DNA of 63,879 nucleotides, counting the filler, from Octopus bimaculoides (taxonomy: Eukaryota): NCBI RefSeq assembly GCF_001194135.2. It is 5 parts of 5 records of this genome, joined end to end, with 100 filler letters (N's around TTAATTAATTAA, not from the genome) between each part and the next. Parts side by side here need not be neighbours in the genome. Positions count along the whole stretch, not along the records: positions 1 to 22,895 come from NC_068985.1; 4 more parts are not named here. The stretch is one strand, 5' to 3'. Numbering within the stretch: position 1 is the stretch's first letter; every line of letters begins with the position of its first letter. This document shows positions 10,391 through 22,895 of this stretch, in pieces. The notes beneath the pieces are model-generated. The model saw only the letters and a program-made list of their open reading frames with translations, was not told where the DNA came from and ran no database searches. The translations under genes and the position numbers were made by a program.

Positions 10391-11009
10391 ATGCCAACGT
10401 TCATAATTCGGGGCCAAACCTATCATCGGATAAGTTCTATTCTTCCTGTCAACAACGCTGAACACCGATTCCTTCAAATTTACTTCATGGGAGATACCAC
10501 TGAGCAAACGGCTCGCTGAGCTCAGGTAGCACCAAGTATATGTATATATTATCCAAATAAGTAGTAACATAGAAGAAATAAATGGAGTACACGACGATTT
10601 GGATTAGTAATGATTTGTGTGTGCGTGTGTATGTATGTGTGTGTGTATTAGGTGGGTGGGTGCATGTGTGTGTTTATATTTGATAACCTCATACGCACAA
10701 ACACACACACATACATACTCTAACGTACACGCGCGTCCATAAACGTACATACACACACACGCCCATAAGCATACATACACATGCACACAAAGAATCCTTA
10801 AACGAAGACGTTGAATGTAGAGTTGTATCATATGAATGAAGGGTAGCTGGACCTGGCTTACGTAGACAGAAGACTGGTAGAGGAGCACTCACTATACCAG
10901 GAAAGAGTTACGTATGAGTACATATACCAGCAATACGGAAGATATTAACTGAAAGCCGTGCCTCATTTGTCGTATATGTATATGTATATATATATATATG
11001 TATATGTGT

Positions 11010-11226
11010 GTATATGTTTGTGTGTCTGAGTTTGTCTCCCCAACATCGCTTGACAACCGCTATTGATGCGTTTACGTCCCTGTAACCTAGCGGTTCGGCA
11101 AAAGAGACCGATAGAATAAGTACTGGGCTTACTATGAATAAGTTCTGGGGTCGGTTTTCTCCTCTAAAGGCGGTGTTCCAGCATGGCCGCAGTCAAATGA
11201 CTGATGCAAGTAAAAGAATAAAAGAA
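11010..11226 (+). mobile_element. SINE family A, 3' half
   Basis: cgcttgacaacc...gcggttcggcaaaagagaccgatagaataagtact...ggccgcagtcaaatgactg. Confidence 0.85.
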
Positions 11227-12662
11227 TACATACATACATACATTCATGCATACATACATACATACATACATTCTTACATACATACATACATACATTCATG
11301 CATACATACATACATACATACATACATACATACATTCATGCATACATACATACATACATACATACATACATTCATGCATACATACATACATACATACATA
11401 CATACATACATTCATGCATACATACATACATACATACATACATNNNNNNNNNNNNNNNNNNNNNNNNNNNNNNNNNNNNNNNNNNNNNNNNNNNNNNNNN
11501 NNNNNNNNNNNNNNNNNNNNNNNNNNNNNNNNNNNNNNNNNNNNNNNNNNNNNNNNNNNNNNNNNNNNNNNNNNNNNNNNNNNNNNNNNNNNNNNNNNNN
11601 NNNNNNNNNNNNNNNNNNNNNNNNNNNNNNNNNNNNNNNNNNNNNNNNNNNNNNNNNNNNNNNNNNNNNNNNNNNNNNNNNNNNNNNNNNNNNNNNNNNN
11701 NNNNNNNNNNNNNNNNNNNNNNNNNNNNNNNNNNNNNNNNNNNNNNNNNNNNNNNNNNNNNNNNNNNNNNNNNNNNNNNNNNNNNNNNNNNNNNNNNNNN
11801 NNNNNNNNNNNNNNNNNNNNNNNNNNNNNNNNNNNNNNNNNNNNNNNNNNNNNNNNNNNNNNNNNNNNNNNNNNNNNNNNNNNNNNNNNNNNNNNNNNNN
11901 NNNNNNNNNNNNNNNNNNNNNNNNNNNNNNNNNNNNNNNNNNNNNNNNNNNNNNNNNNNNNNNNNNNNNNNNNNNNNNNNNNNNNNNNNNNNNNNNNNNN
12001 NNNNNNNNNNNNNNNNNNNNNNNNNNNNNNNNNNNNNNNNNNNNNNNNNNNNNNNNNNNNNNNNNNNNNNNNNNNNNNNNNNNNNNNNNNNNNNNNNNNN
12101 NNNNNNNNNNNNNNNNNNNNNNNNNNNNNNNNNNNNNNNNNNNNNNNNNNNNNNNNNNNNNNNNNNNNNNNNNNNNNNNNNNNNNNNNNNNNNNNNNNNN
12201 NNNNNNNNNNNNNNNNNNNNNNNNNNNNNNNNNNNNNNNNNNNNNNNNNNNNNNNNNNNNNNNNNNNNNNNNNNNNNNNNNNNNNNNNNNNNNNNNNNNN
12301 NNNNNNNNNNNNNNNNNNNNNNNNNNNNNNNNNNNNNNNTACATTCTTACATACATACATACATACATTCATACATACATTCATACATACATACATACAT
12401 ACATTCTTACATACATACATACATACATACATACATTCATACATACATACATACATTCATACATACATACATACATTCATGCATACATACATACATTCAT
12501 ACATACATACATACATTCATACATACATTCATACATACATTCATACATACATACATTCATACATACATTCATACATACATTCATACATACATACATACAT
12601 ACATACATACATACATTCTTACATACATACATTCATACATACATACATACATACATACATAC
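11226..12662. repeat. Long compound (CATA)n/(CATT)n microsatellite spanning an assembly gap
   Basis: Direct inspection; explains the HTYI/MYVC pseudo-ORFs. Confidence 0.95.
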
Positions 12663-13300
12663 CGACTTCGAAACAAACATACAAAACAGCGAGGTCTTGT
12701 CGAAAAAATACTTTGTTGTATTCAACTAGCCTGGCCTAGAAAGACACCAACTGATCACTATCGATTTCTGAAATACAATAATTTACTGACTGATTTCTTA
12801 ATAGACAATAAATAACGAAACAATTACACACAAGATGATTGACCTAAAACATTTTTTAGTCTAAAGAAAAGCATAAAAACTGTATTCAAGAGAAATTAAC
12901 TCTTGTATTGATTGTAGGAGTTATTTCCGCTGGAAGTTTTCAAAAGGTTTTGAATAAATGTCCATTATTGAACTTAACGCTGTTATCAGTTGATTTTTGA
13001 TTATTTTGAAATACTCGCAGGGAGATATTTTGTATTCTAATTGCAGGGGTCAGTCTCAACTAATCGAAATTTTTCCACTTACTATATAGAAATACCTACA
13101 TAAGATTGCCCCCTCTCCCGCAGACATAGTTTCTGCATAGCATACAGAAAACTGGATATTTTTTCAGTGAAAGTTTCTACAGATACCTTTCAGATTATGT
13201 ACATTACGAGTTTATCGGATTTGATCTGAAAAAATTTGCTGTATGTTGGTAGGAGTTTTGAATAATTCATCCAAGCCGGCTTACATTACAATTACACAGT

Positions 13301-13463
13301 GGAGTGGCTGTGTGGTAAGTAGCTTGCTTACCAACCACATGGTTCCGGATTCAGTCCCACTGCGTGACATCTTGCGCAAGTGTCTTCTACTATAGCCTTG
13401 GGCCGACCAAAGCCTTGTGAGTGGATTTGGTAGATGGAAACTGAAAGAAGCCTGACGTATATA

Positions 13464-13499
<36 letters not shown>

Positions 13500-13659
13500 T
13501 GTTTGTGTATCTGTGCTTGTCCCCCCTAGCATTGCTTGACAACCGATGCTGGTGTGTTTATGTCCCCGTCACTTAGCGGTTCGGCAAATTGCTCGACTAA
13601 AGGCGGTGCTCCAGCATGGCCGCAGTCAAATGACTGAAACAAGTAAAAGAGTAAAAGAG
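13301..13659 (+). mobile_element. SINE family A, near full length (tRNA-like head, central conserved domain, internal microsatellite, AAAAGAGT tail)
   Basis: GGAGTGGCTGTGTGG A-box-like and GGATTCAGTCCC B-box-like head; repeated more than 10 times in the window. Confidence 0.9.
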
Positions 13660-13899
13660 TGTAATATTTTTTTTTTCTTTTTGTCTTTGGTTAGAAAGTA
13701 TTATTTCCTATTTGCTTTTATCTAGAAATCAAAGGAAATGACTACTATTCTCTTCAAATTTTGCTTTTGTGATCTAGACATGCTCATATATATTTAAATG
13801 ATAAACTTCTGGAAAGGTTTACTGATTTTTACAGTTCCTGTCATGGACTGGATCTGTAGCCTTTGAATTAGCTTTCTCCTTTCTGGTTTTGGATGATGA

Positions 13900-14660
13900 A
13901 ATATCTTTCAGGCTGCAGAGAGCAACTGACTCCTTCTGGTCTCTTGAGTGTCTTGTGTCTGGTCCCAGTATGGCATCACAAGGCAAACAAAAATTGCTGT
14001 GTACCATGCTTGTGTACTGACATCAGCCCTTTACTCATGTGAGATATGGACCCTTTACAAACTTCATGTAAAGGTCCTTGAAAGCTTCCATCAGAGATGT
14101 CTGAGACACATTCTGAATGTTGGCCTGTTCTTAAAAACTCCAGACACACAGGTCTTGAGGAAAGCTGATATCTTGAGTATTGAGGTGACGGTGCACAAGC
14201 ACTGATTACGTTGGACTGGACAACTTATTATAATGAAGGATAGCAGGATCCTTAAACAGGTGCTACATGGGGAACTTGTTAGTGGAAAGAGACCCAGACA
14301 GAAACCAAGGCTACAATTTAAGAACTGTGTCAAGTCCTCATTAGAGGCTTATGATATGCAGGAGACTGATTGGGAGAGCAACACTTGTCATTGCCACAGA
14401 TGGAGGAAGCAGGTTAAGGAGGGGGTCAACACCTTTGAAAGAGCACGTATTCTTCATGAAGAATTTAAGCATGCTGCTCAAAAGCGTACTGCTAGTGTAG
14501 TGAATGGGGAAAGCTTGGTTTGTAATGTTTGCAGTCGTGTATGCTTGTCAAGAGCAGGGCTCTTTAGCCACCAGCAGAGCCACAAATGCAAAATATAAGT
14601 TAGTCCTAGAGCTCACAATGTTCCTAAAGGTCAGTCACAGATGGACAGCCATCATCATGT
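13900..14660 (+). mobile_element. RTE-clade LINE 3' end, degraded
   Basis: TKIAVYHACVLTSALYSCEIWTLY, FHQRCLRHIL, LRWTG, KQVLHGELVSGKR and terminal CNVCSRVCLSRAGLFSH; short CAT tail. Confidence 0.9.
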
Positions 14661-14869
14661 ATGTATGCATGAATTTTCTGGAGTTTTATTTAAGTTTTTC
14701 TTGAAAGAATTCAATCTGGTCACTAACAAAGTGACAAGACTCTCCGAGTTAAGAGAGTTCTTGATGTTTGTAAGTATGTAGTTGTTAAGTTGGTGTGTTA
14801 GTTGAGCTGTCATGCATACACCCACGCGTGTTCATCTATTTACTGAAAGAATGTCAGATGGAGGATCTA

Positions 14870-15240
14870 TGGAATGTCTTACAAATCTTCACTGTGCCAC
14901 TAATAGATTGGAGTTGGAGAATCCACGTCAGATTCTTTTGCTCTATCTTCAAAAAAAATCTAGTATTTCTGTGTTTTTGTGCAAATTCTTTGGTACATAA
15001 CCTGATGCACCTCTGATGATAGGTACAACTGAAAATTCATAGTCAGGGTAGAAGAGCTGTAAGTTCTGCATTAATTCACCATAAATGTTGTCCTTTTCCT
15101 GGAATTTTGATTGTACAGTCACATCTGCTGGACAGCTGACCTCTAGAATAGTGCATCATGACTGTTGTTCTCTGTCCCACAGAACAATATCAGGTCTATT
15201 ATGTTTGCACGGAATAGCTGTTTTTATTGGAGTATTCTGC
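14870..15240 (-). mobile_element. RLE-type (R4/NeSL-like) non-LTR retrotransposon endonuclease fragment
   Basis: Minus-strand translation TAIPCKHNRPDIVLWDRE..CTILEVSCPAD...QEKDNIYGELMQNLQL (PD-(D/E)xK motif). Confidence 0.75.
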
Positions 15241-16734
15241 CAGTAATCCTAGTTTTTAAAGGTGTATGTTGGTAAGAGTAATTGACAGGGAGAGAGGAAG
15301 AGAATATGAGTAAAATGTAAGTTTAATATGGTTCAAAGGAGCTGCAGTCATGCCGTAAAATCTCTATACAAACATATTTCTATGTGTGCACATGCGCACG
15401 TGTGTGTGTGCCTATGTGTATGTCTTCGTACACGTATGATTAAATTCACGTTGACTAGAAATTAAGCTTTTATCTGACTATTTATTTAATTACTCTGGCT
15501 ATTAAATTTCTTTCAAACTATATCGAATTATTTTAAAAGTGGAAGGACATATCGGATAATGATAGTTCAAGATACACTGCGAATAAGAATTTTCAAAACG
15601 AAATGATGTGTCACAGCTGAAATATGATCCGCTTGATGGTAGGATCTCTGGATCAGGACTCATCTGGGACTAAATAACAATAGTCATGCAGTATATCAAT
15701 GTGGTATTTCTTCTTTTAAACAGTGAAATCCTTCAACTATTTCTGGTATTTCGAGTAATACCGCAAAGCAGTTTATTCGTTTGTGCGTTCATACCGAGTG
15801 AATTGTTGTTTTGTTGTTTTTTTTTCTCTTTTTTCCTTCTCTCTTTTTTTAAAAAATTTTTTCCTTCTAATTTTTCCAATTATGTTCTCTGCTTTGTCCA
15901 GTTTTCTAGTTTGATTTTGTAAAAAGGAGTTACTTCCCTTGATGATAAAGGTAGGTAACTTGCTTATCGACGACTGCAAGTTTAGCTTCTGTTAAAAACC
16001 ATTATTTTTTTTTGAGAACTTTTACAATCGAGAAAACTGATTTAGTATATTTCTGGTGCTTGTTTTGCCTATGTAAACTAAATACTAGGGATCGAGGACA
16101 TGATTCGAACTCAGAAATAGCTAGTAAACAAAATCTAATAAAATACTGACTTCGTTTCAGAAGAATGTGGTACAATGTCGAAGATATCAGCATCGTTATC
16201 ACTATTGCATTAACATCCATTTTCCCATTCTCACATGGCAGAATTTGCAGAAGCAGATTTTCTGCGGCTGGATGTCTTTTCTGTCACCAACCCTTACTTG
16301 TTTCCAAGTAACGTCATATCCACCATCACCCCCTCTATAACCGGACGTGTTTTCACAGAAGATTGATAACAAAGGACACCGTCTATCTGAAGACGACTTT
16401 CCTCTCTTATTTTTACGATTATTTCACCAAGCCTTGACAAAGAAACGCCTCGTCTTGTATAAATACGAGAAACTAATTTTTAAACTCATTTGTACCTTTA
16501 TCTTCTGAGTTCAAATCCTGGGCGATCTTTCGATACCAGTACGAAATATCGGCCTTTTCCGTAAAAAGTGTTTTCGGCGATCATTAAGAAAAGAAATGTG
16601 TTAGGAATAGAACCTAGCACTTTATAAGGAATGGAAGCGTTTTAGGAATGAAATCTAATCCTTTATTAGGATTTGAAGAAAATACTTTATTAACCCTTTT
16701 GCTTCAAAATTTCTTTTGAAATACACTACCCTTA

Positions 16735-16900
16735 CTCTTTTACTTGTTTCAGTCATTTGACTGTGGCCATGCTGGAGCACCGCCTTTAGTTGAGCAAATC
16801 GACTAAGCCTAATACTTATTCTATCGGTCTCTTTTGCCGAACTGCTCAGTTACGGGGACGTAAACACACAAACATATACACACACATACATTATATATAT
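16735..16900 (-). mobile_element. SINE family A, 3' fragment
   Basis: tttcagtcatttgactgtggccatgctggagcaccgcc is the reverse complement of the family A tail. Confidence 0.8.
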
Positions 16901-17289
16901 ATATATTATTACAAGAATTCATATAGAGATGAAGAATAAATTCAAGAACTATATATTTACTACATAGAAATACATTTTATTTACTGGTCAATGATGATAC
17001 ATAATCAAAATGTAGAATCTAGTTGAATGAAGTAATCTATGCAAGAAAGTTCAGAGATAGGAAATATATAGAAACAACAGCCAAGTGGTGGTTTTCAGTC
17101 ATGTGGTGTAGAGAAATAGATAGACATAGCAATGACGTGAATAGCTCTCAGTCTAATCGACTAAGAAGCGAAGAGCAGGGTTAGCAAGCTGTTTTCATTA
17201 ATGGAATGCTAGACATTCTAGAAACTTCCAACAGAAACGCTAAGCTTCTTGAATAATTAAGAATCACATCTCATGACACAGATGCTTCA

Positions 17290-17500
17290 AGAAACTTAGA
17301 AAGGGAGCGTTACACTTCCTATCAGGATGGTGTTGGGCAATGACTTGTAGCACATTTTATATCCAAAATATGATAGCTTTGTGGACTGAATTCTTGATAA
17401 TAGGTGTCTTCCGACTTTCAGATTTTCTAGCCCTGCAGCATTTGTTATCCCATCTTTCTAGCTTCTTCTGCCCAATCTGCAAAAGATTTCAAAGGGTTCT
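17290..17500 (-). mobile_element. RTE-like LINE fragment, highly degraded
   Basis: Minus-strand translation ITNAAGL...LLSRIQSTKLSYFGY..SLPNTILIGSV resembles the RTE KL.YFGH motif region. Confidence 0.5.
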
Positions 17501-17689
17501 TCTTTTTCATTGCTCTGTTTCTGACCCATATAGGACAGTTAGCATATGACAGTCTACCTGTCTCAATTTTAGATGCAATGTTATGTTTTCTGAGGGGAAG
17601 ATCTTTTCTCATTCTTAAAAATGTTGTTTTAGCCTTATGAGGGTTGGCTAAATAGTTCATAGGCTGACCAAGATAATCCGAGGGTATGT

Positions 17690-18640
17690 GACCAAATGAG
17701 GTTTATTTTTCAAGCCACACACTTCTTCCATTGGTGTTGCAGTGCTTGAATCCAATTGGTGAAGAAGCTTTCACCCTCTTGGTCAAAAAAGTCATCAACA
17801 GCAGACATGACATCATCCTCCTCATCATCATCATCATCGTTTAACGTCCGCTTTCCATGCTAGCATGAGTTGGACGATTTGACTGAGGACTGGTGAAACC
17901 GGATGGCAACACCAGCCTCCAATCTGATTTGGCAGAGTTTCTACAGCTGGATGCCCTTCCTAACGCCAACCACTCAGAGAGTGTAGTGGGTGCTTTTATG
18001 TGTCACCCGCACGAAGGCCAGTCAGGCGGTACTGGCAACGGACAATATTGGTTCCCAGACAAGTGTCTTTTCAAATTGCAGAACAGATGATAATCCGATG
18101 ATGCCAAATCAGAAGAATAGGGAGGGTGATCAACCAGTTCAAAGTTACAGTCACACACAGCAACCATTGATACCAAGGACTAGTGTGCTGGAGCATTGTC
18201 CTGATGAAACAAAACCCCTTCTGTCAGTTTCCCAGGGCATTTGGTCTTGGTAGCCTTTCGTAAATGTATCAACAAGTTGGCATAATACTCTCCATTGACC
18301 ATGTGGCCCTTTGAAGATGATCAATAAACACAACGCTTTTCGCATTCCAAAAACCTGAGGCCATCACATTCCCTGCAGATGAAATGACCTTGGCCTTCTT
18401 TGAAGCTGGTGAGAAGGGCTATTTCTACTCCATGGGTTGTTTCTTTGTCTCTGGCTCAAAAGTGATGAAGCCAACCCTACTCATCTTAGCTTAGGAAACA
18501 TTAAAAAAAAAACAGCTGAATCTACCTCAAAGACTGTCAAATTTTCCCATGATGTGATCAGCCTGTTGCACTTTTGATCAGATGTCAGAAGACATGGCAC
18601 CGACTGAGTAGAAACCTTCATCATGCCAAGTTCATATCCT
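17690..18640 (-). mobile_element. Mariner transposase pseudogene, interrupted by a SINE at 17815-18045
   Basis: KGHMVNGEYYANLL, GVLFHQDNAPAH, DYHLFCNLKRHLSGN and, beyond the SINE, SAVDDFFDQEGESFFTNWIQALQHQWKK. Confidence 0.85.
17815..18045 (-). mobile_element. SINE family C, 3' part with (ATG)n tail
   Basis: Reverse of gagtggttggcgttaggaagggcatccagctgtagaaac...gcatggaaagcggacgttaaacgatgatg; repeated at 19630, 20826, 52843 and 53783. Confidence 0.85.
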
Positions 18641-18669
18641 TAACTCTCTCGCAATGCTAATAACATTGA

Positions 18670-19500
18670 CTATTTGATTTATAAAGAATCAAATGTAGTG
18701 TTTAGAAGGTTCCATAGAAATAAAAGTTGTTGATAGCTTCCATTACCTAAGTGACCCAACAAGGAGTGGAGGTGGTTAATCCAAAAGTTTAGTTTCCAGA
18801 GTAAGAACAGGGTGGAAAGATTCAGAGAGCTATAACTGCCTCTGGTAATAGAAGGGTTATTTCTCTGGAGGAAGCAAAGATTATGAATTATTTGTACATG
18901 AAGGGTGATGCTGTATGGGTAGCAAAACACGGTATTGAATGTAGAGAATGTGTAGGGGCTGGAAAAGAATGATGTAAGCATGTTCTGCAGGATGTATAAT
19001 GTTAGTGTGCATGAATGAAAAAGCAGGAGAAGGTGAAAGAAAAAGAAATAGAGTTAGATGTATGAAAGGGTGCTGAAAAGTTCCTTGCTTTAAAGGTATT
19101 GTGACAGGCCTGGTTGGAGGCTCAACCTTCCAAGTTCTTTTACAGGTCTTAGAAAAACTGAAGGACCGCTGCGATAAGTGTGAATCTGAAAGGGGAATAT
19201 GTTGAATAAAATCATGACTGATCTTCCTGTATTTTGTTTTACCCAAAACCAGAAACCTTTCAAGCTCCCCTTTGTAGTGTGAATAAGAGAAAACTATGCT
19301 GGTATGAACATGTGATGAATATGGAGGCAGATTGCTGGGAAGAAAAGGGTTAAGAAGGGTAAAGAAGTGGAAGGAACCAGCAGAATAGGAAAATATGGCA
19401 AGAAGTGTTGAAAGCTACTCTCAAGATGTTGAATATACACAAAGGGGATGCTAAGAAACAACAAAAAGGGACCAGACATTGTGTTGGAGATCTGACCATG
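18670..19500 (+). mobile_element. RTE-clade LINE RT C-terminal fragment, degraded, with an internal interruption
   Basis: IKVVDSFHYLSD...SRVRTGWK and LCWYEHVMNM...WQEVLK motifs. Confidence 0.7.
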
Positions 19501-19629
19501 CCATGTCAGCATGAATAAAACAGATGTAGATGGTTATAATAATGAGATACATTTTGCTTTTTTTTTGTATTTATCCCTCCGTGTTTACTCACTGATTCTG
19601 TCTACCTCTCTGTATCACTTCTCTTGTAT

Positions 19630-19870
19630 TCACATCCTCATCATCAACATTTAATGCCCATTTTCCATGCTGGCATGAGTTGGATGTCTTGACAGGAACT
19701 GGTAAGGTTAGGGGCTGCACCAGGTTCCATAGCTTGTTCTGGTTTGGTTTCCACTGTTGGATGCCCTTCCTAAAGCCAACCACTTTACAGAGTGTACTGA
19801 GGGCAATTTATGTGGCACCATCACCAGTGCTTTTTACGTGGCACCAGCACCCACACCAGTGCTTCTTATG
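19630..19870 (-). mobile_element. SINE family C fragment
   Basis: catcatcaacatttaatgccc.ttttccatgctggcatg...ggatgcccttcctaaagccaacc. Confidence 0.8.
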
Positions 19871-19949
19871 TGGCACTTTCAATTCACCTTCCTATAAATT
19901 CAAGATATTCCCTGACGTCTTCATGATCATCATCTGAAGTAACCATGTA

Positions 19950-20340
19950 GGCACAGGAGTGGTTGTGTGGTAGGTAGCATGCTTACCAACCACATGGTTC
20001 CGGGTTCAGTCCCACTGCGTGGCATCTTGGGCAGGTGTATTCTACTATAGCTTCAGGCCAACCAAAGCCTTGTGAGTGGATTTGGTAGACAGAAACTGAA
20101 AGAAGCCCGTCGTATATATGTATAAATATATATGTGTATGTATGTCTGTGTTTGTCCCCCTAGCATTGCTTGACAACCGATGCTGGTGTGTTTATGTCCC
20201 TGTCATCTAGCGGTTCGGCAAAAGAGAACGATAGAATAAGTACTAGGCTTACAAAGAATAAGTCCCAGAGTCGATTTGCTCGACTAAAGGTGGTGCTCCA
20301 GCATGGCCGCAGTCAAATGACTGAAACAAGTAAAAGAGTA
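19950..20340 (+). mobile_element. SINE family A, full length
   Basis: ggcacaggagtggttgtgtgg head, ggttcagtccc B box, core, microsatellite, gtaaaagagta tail. Confidence 0.92.
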
Positions 20341-20825
20341 TGTATCTCTCTTACAGCAAGACACCTCTTCCAGTCTCTATCATACTTTTAACCTCTCGTC
20401 TCCTGGTATAAAGCTACCTCCCTCAACATAACTCCCCCTCTAAGTTGAAGAGTTCTTATCTTCCAAATCAAATTACTTGATGACCTCACTAGTGTAAATG
20501 CCATGTAAAAAGCACCCAGTACACCTTGTAAGGCAGTTGGCATTAAGAAGAGCATCCAGACTTAGAAACTATACCAAAGCAGACATTGGAGTTTGGCGCA
20601 ACTGTCCAATTCATGCCAGCATGGAAAACAGGCCTTAAATGATGGTGATGATGACAATATGTGATCTGAGAGAGATTTGGTTGTTATTTATAGCACCAGT
20701 GAGCTGGGAGAATTGTTAGCATGTTGGACAAAGTATTCAGTAACATTTTGTCCATCTTTATGTTCTGAGTTCAAATTCCACTGAGGTTGATTTTTACCTG
20801 CGGTCGATGTTAGTTTCACATAACT

Positions 20826-21248
20826 GGCACCTGTGCTGGTGGCACATAAAAAGCACCTTTTGAATATTGGGCCTCGTGGAGGCAAAGTGACCAATGCTGG
20901 TGGCGTGTGAAAAAGCACCTTTCAAGTGTTGAGCCTCATGGAGGCAATGATGAATGATTGAGACCTTTGGCATTATGCCATGCTTGAGAAGAAGACCCAT
21001 CAAGCCAAGTAAAATTGTAGTCATGGCAGATACTAGTGTCACGCAAATGGCACCGGTGCCAGTGACATGCAAAAGTACCCATTACGCTCTGGGAGTGGTT
21101 GGCATTAGGAATGGCACCCAACTGTAGAAACCATGCCAAATCAGACTGGAGTCTGGTGCAGCTTCCAGCCTACCAGCCTTGATCAAACTGTCCAACCCAT
21201 GCCAGCATTGACAACAGATGTTAAATGATGGTGATGATGATGATTATG
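20826..21248 (+). mobile_element. SINE family C, long copy with internal tgctggtggcac.taaaaagcacc subrepeats and (GAT)n tail
   Basis: Shared 3' domain gagtggttggcattaggaa.ggca..ca.ctgtagaaac and GAT tail. Confidence 0.8.
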
Positions 21249-21699
21249 ATTAACCACTTACCCTCTTTCCCATAATTCCTGGCATTGTTCTAGTATTTGA
21301 AACTGTTATTTATAGTACCAGGGCAATTTCTGAAAAGCCAGATTACTGGTCTCCAGTAGGCTCTCAACTTGAAGAAATTTGGTAAAAGTAATGTTATTTT
21401 ATCACTGTTGGCATCAGGAAAGCTTTTATCCATGTCTGGATGTAAATCTTCTATCAAAACTGTCTGCCTTATGACCTCTTTAGCTTCCCATCAGGTCGTG
21501 TCTATGTAAATCATGAAGAAATATTTATAAGCACATGAAAAAGGTTTGATAAGAAAATACAGTGGTTTAACTTGAGATTCGTACCCTGACCCAGAATTTG
21601 TTTCCTCTAAACTTTCATTAAAATGCATATTTTTTAATGAAATTTTACAAAGATAGGCTTATGATTATTTTGATGAAATTTAAGACAAATCACAACCAC

Positions 21700-22005
21700 A
21701 AGGTTTTGGGTTCGTTCTACAATAGCCTTGGGCCAACCAAAGCCTTGTGAGTGGATTTGGTAGATGGCAACTGAAAGAAGCCGATCATATGTGTGTGTGT
21801 GTGTGTGTGTTTGTCCCCATGAGTGCTTGACAACTAGTGTTGATTTGCATATGTCCCCATAACTTAGTTGTTTGGCAAAAATAGACCGACAGAATAAGTA
21901 CAAGGCTTAAAATAAAAGTACTGGAGTTGATTCATTCAACTAAAAATTCTTCAAGGGAGTGCCCCAGCATGGCCGCAGTCAAATGATTGAAAAAGATACA
22001 TGATA
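21700..22005 (+). mobile_element. SINE family A, 5'-truncated
   Basis: Core, (TG)n and 3' half all present. Confidence 0.85.
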
Positions 22006-22647
22006 GAAAGAAAGAGATCATTGTATTCTATCCTTGAAAACAAATCTCTGCAAAAATTTCATCAGAAACTAATATTCATATCGAAAAGTTATGAGGAAAC
22101 AAATCTGAGACAATACAGTTCTATATTCAAGAGATGAGGAATTATGTACATTATTTACAATCGATAGATATTTGTCCTCATCTTGTTTGTTGTGTAAAAG
22201 GTTGATAGTTGCAATAGAGACATTAGTCTCTCTGTATCACCTTTCAACATAATTATATATGAAGTAACAGTAGAACAATTAACAACATAATAAAAATTAG
22301 TTTTATTTTTCATGATGCTTGGTTTTATAAATCCTGTCATTCAATTTAGCAGCCGCTGATTAAGTTGTAGTTGGTATTGGAAGGTTAAGGGCTTCCTTGA
22401 TGCCTGCCAGAGAAGCAAGTAGCTATCACATCGAAGGCATCGTGGTGAAGAGTGCTGCGTTGAGGAGCGAGGTGTTGTCATGTCGAAGGTCTCTCGCTCA
22501 ACTGGGTTATAAAATGAAAGTAATTCTTTAAGTACTAGTTTTACTACGCATGCACACTTGAGGGGCTTCCAGAAAGGCAAGTCCCTTGCGCATGTACAGA
22601 TAGTACTTCCTCAATGGCGGCTATAATTTCGCACCACTACAGTTGTT

Positions 22648-22693
22648 AACACAAGGTTTCGGCTGATATACCCTCCAGCCTTCATCAAGTGTC
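22648..22693 (-). ncRNA. Type I hammerhead ribozyme motif, probably inactivated copy
   Basis: Minus strand GACAC-uUGAUGA-A-GGCUG-loop-CAGCC-GAAA-Cc-UU-GUGUU; helix I pairs (5 bp) but C3>U and helix III is broken. Confidence 0.65.
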
Positions 22694-22729
22694 TTTGGAA
22701 ATGAGAACCCAGGTTCAAAATTTCCCCAA

Positions 22730-22775
22730 GCCACCTGATGAAGGCTGGAGGGTATATCAGCCGAAACGTTGTGTC
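22730..22775 (+). ncRNA. Minimal type I hammerhead ribozyme motif with palindromic helix III (AACGTT)
   Basis: GCCAC-CUGAUGA-A-GGCUG-GAGGGUAUAU-CAGCC-GAAA-CG-UU-GUGUC: intact core, 5-bp helix II, helix I 4 of 5 bp. Confidence 0.8.
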
Positions 22776-22895
22776 ACCAACAAACAAAATGAGGACAAAT
22801 ATCCATCAAATGTGAATAATGTAAATTCATTAATGATTTAAAAGAATTATTGCAACTTTTATTTACTTTCTCTGTTTATCTGTCTGTATATCTCT

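Noticed and set aside
15005-15050. CTGATGA...GAAA...TC hammerhead-like spacing
   Set aside because: Helix II only 2 bp and helix III mismatched; it is the antisense of RLE coding sequence
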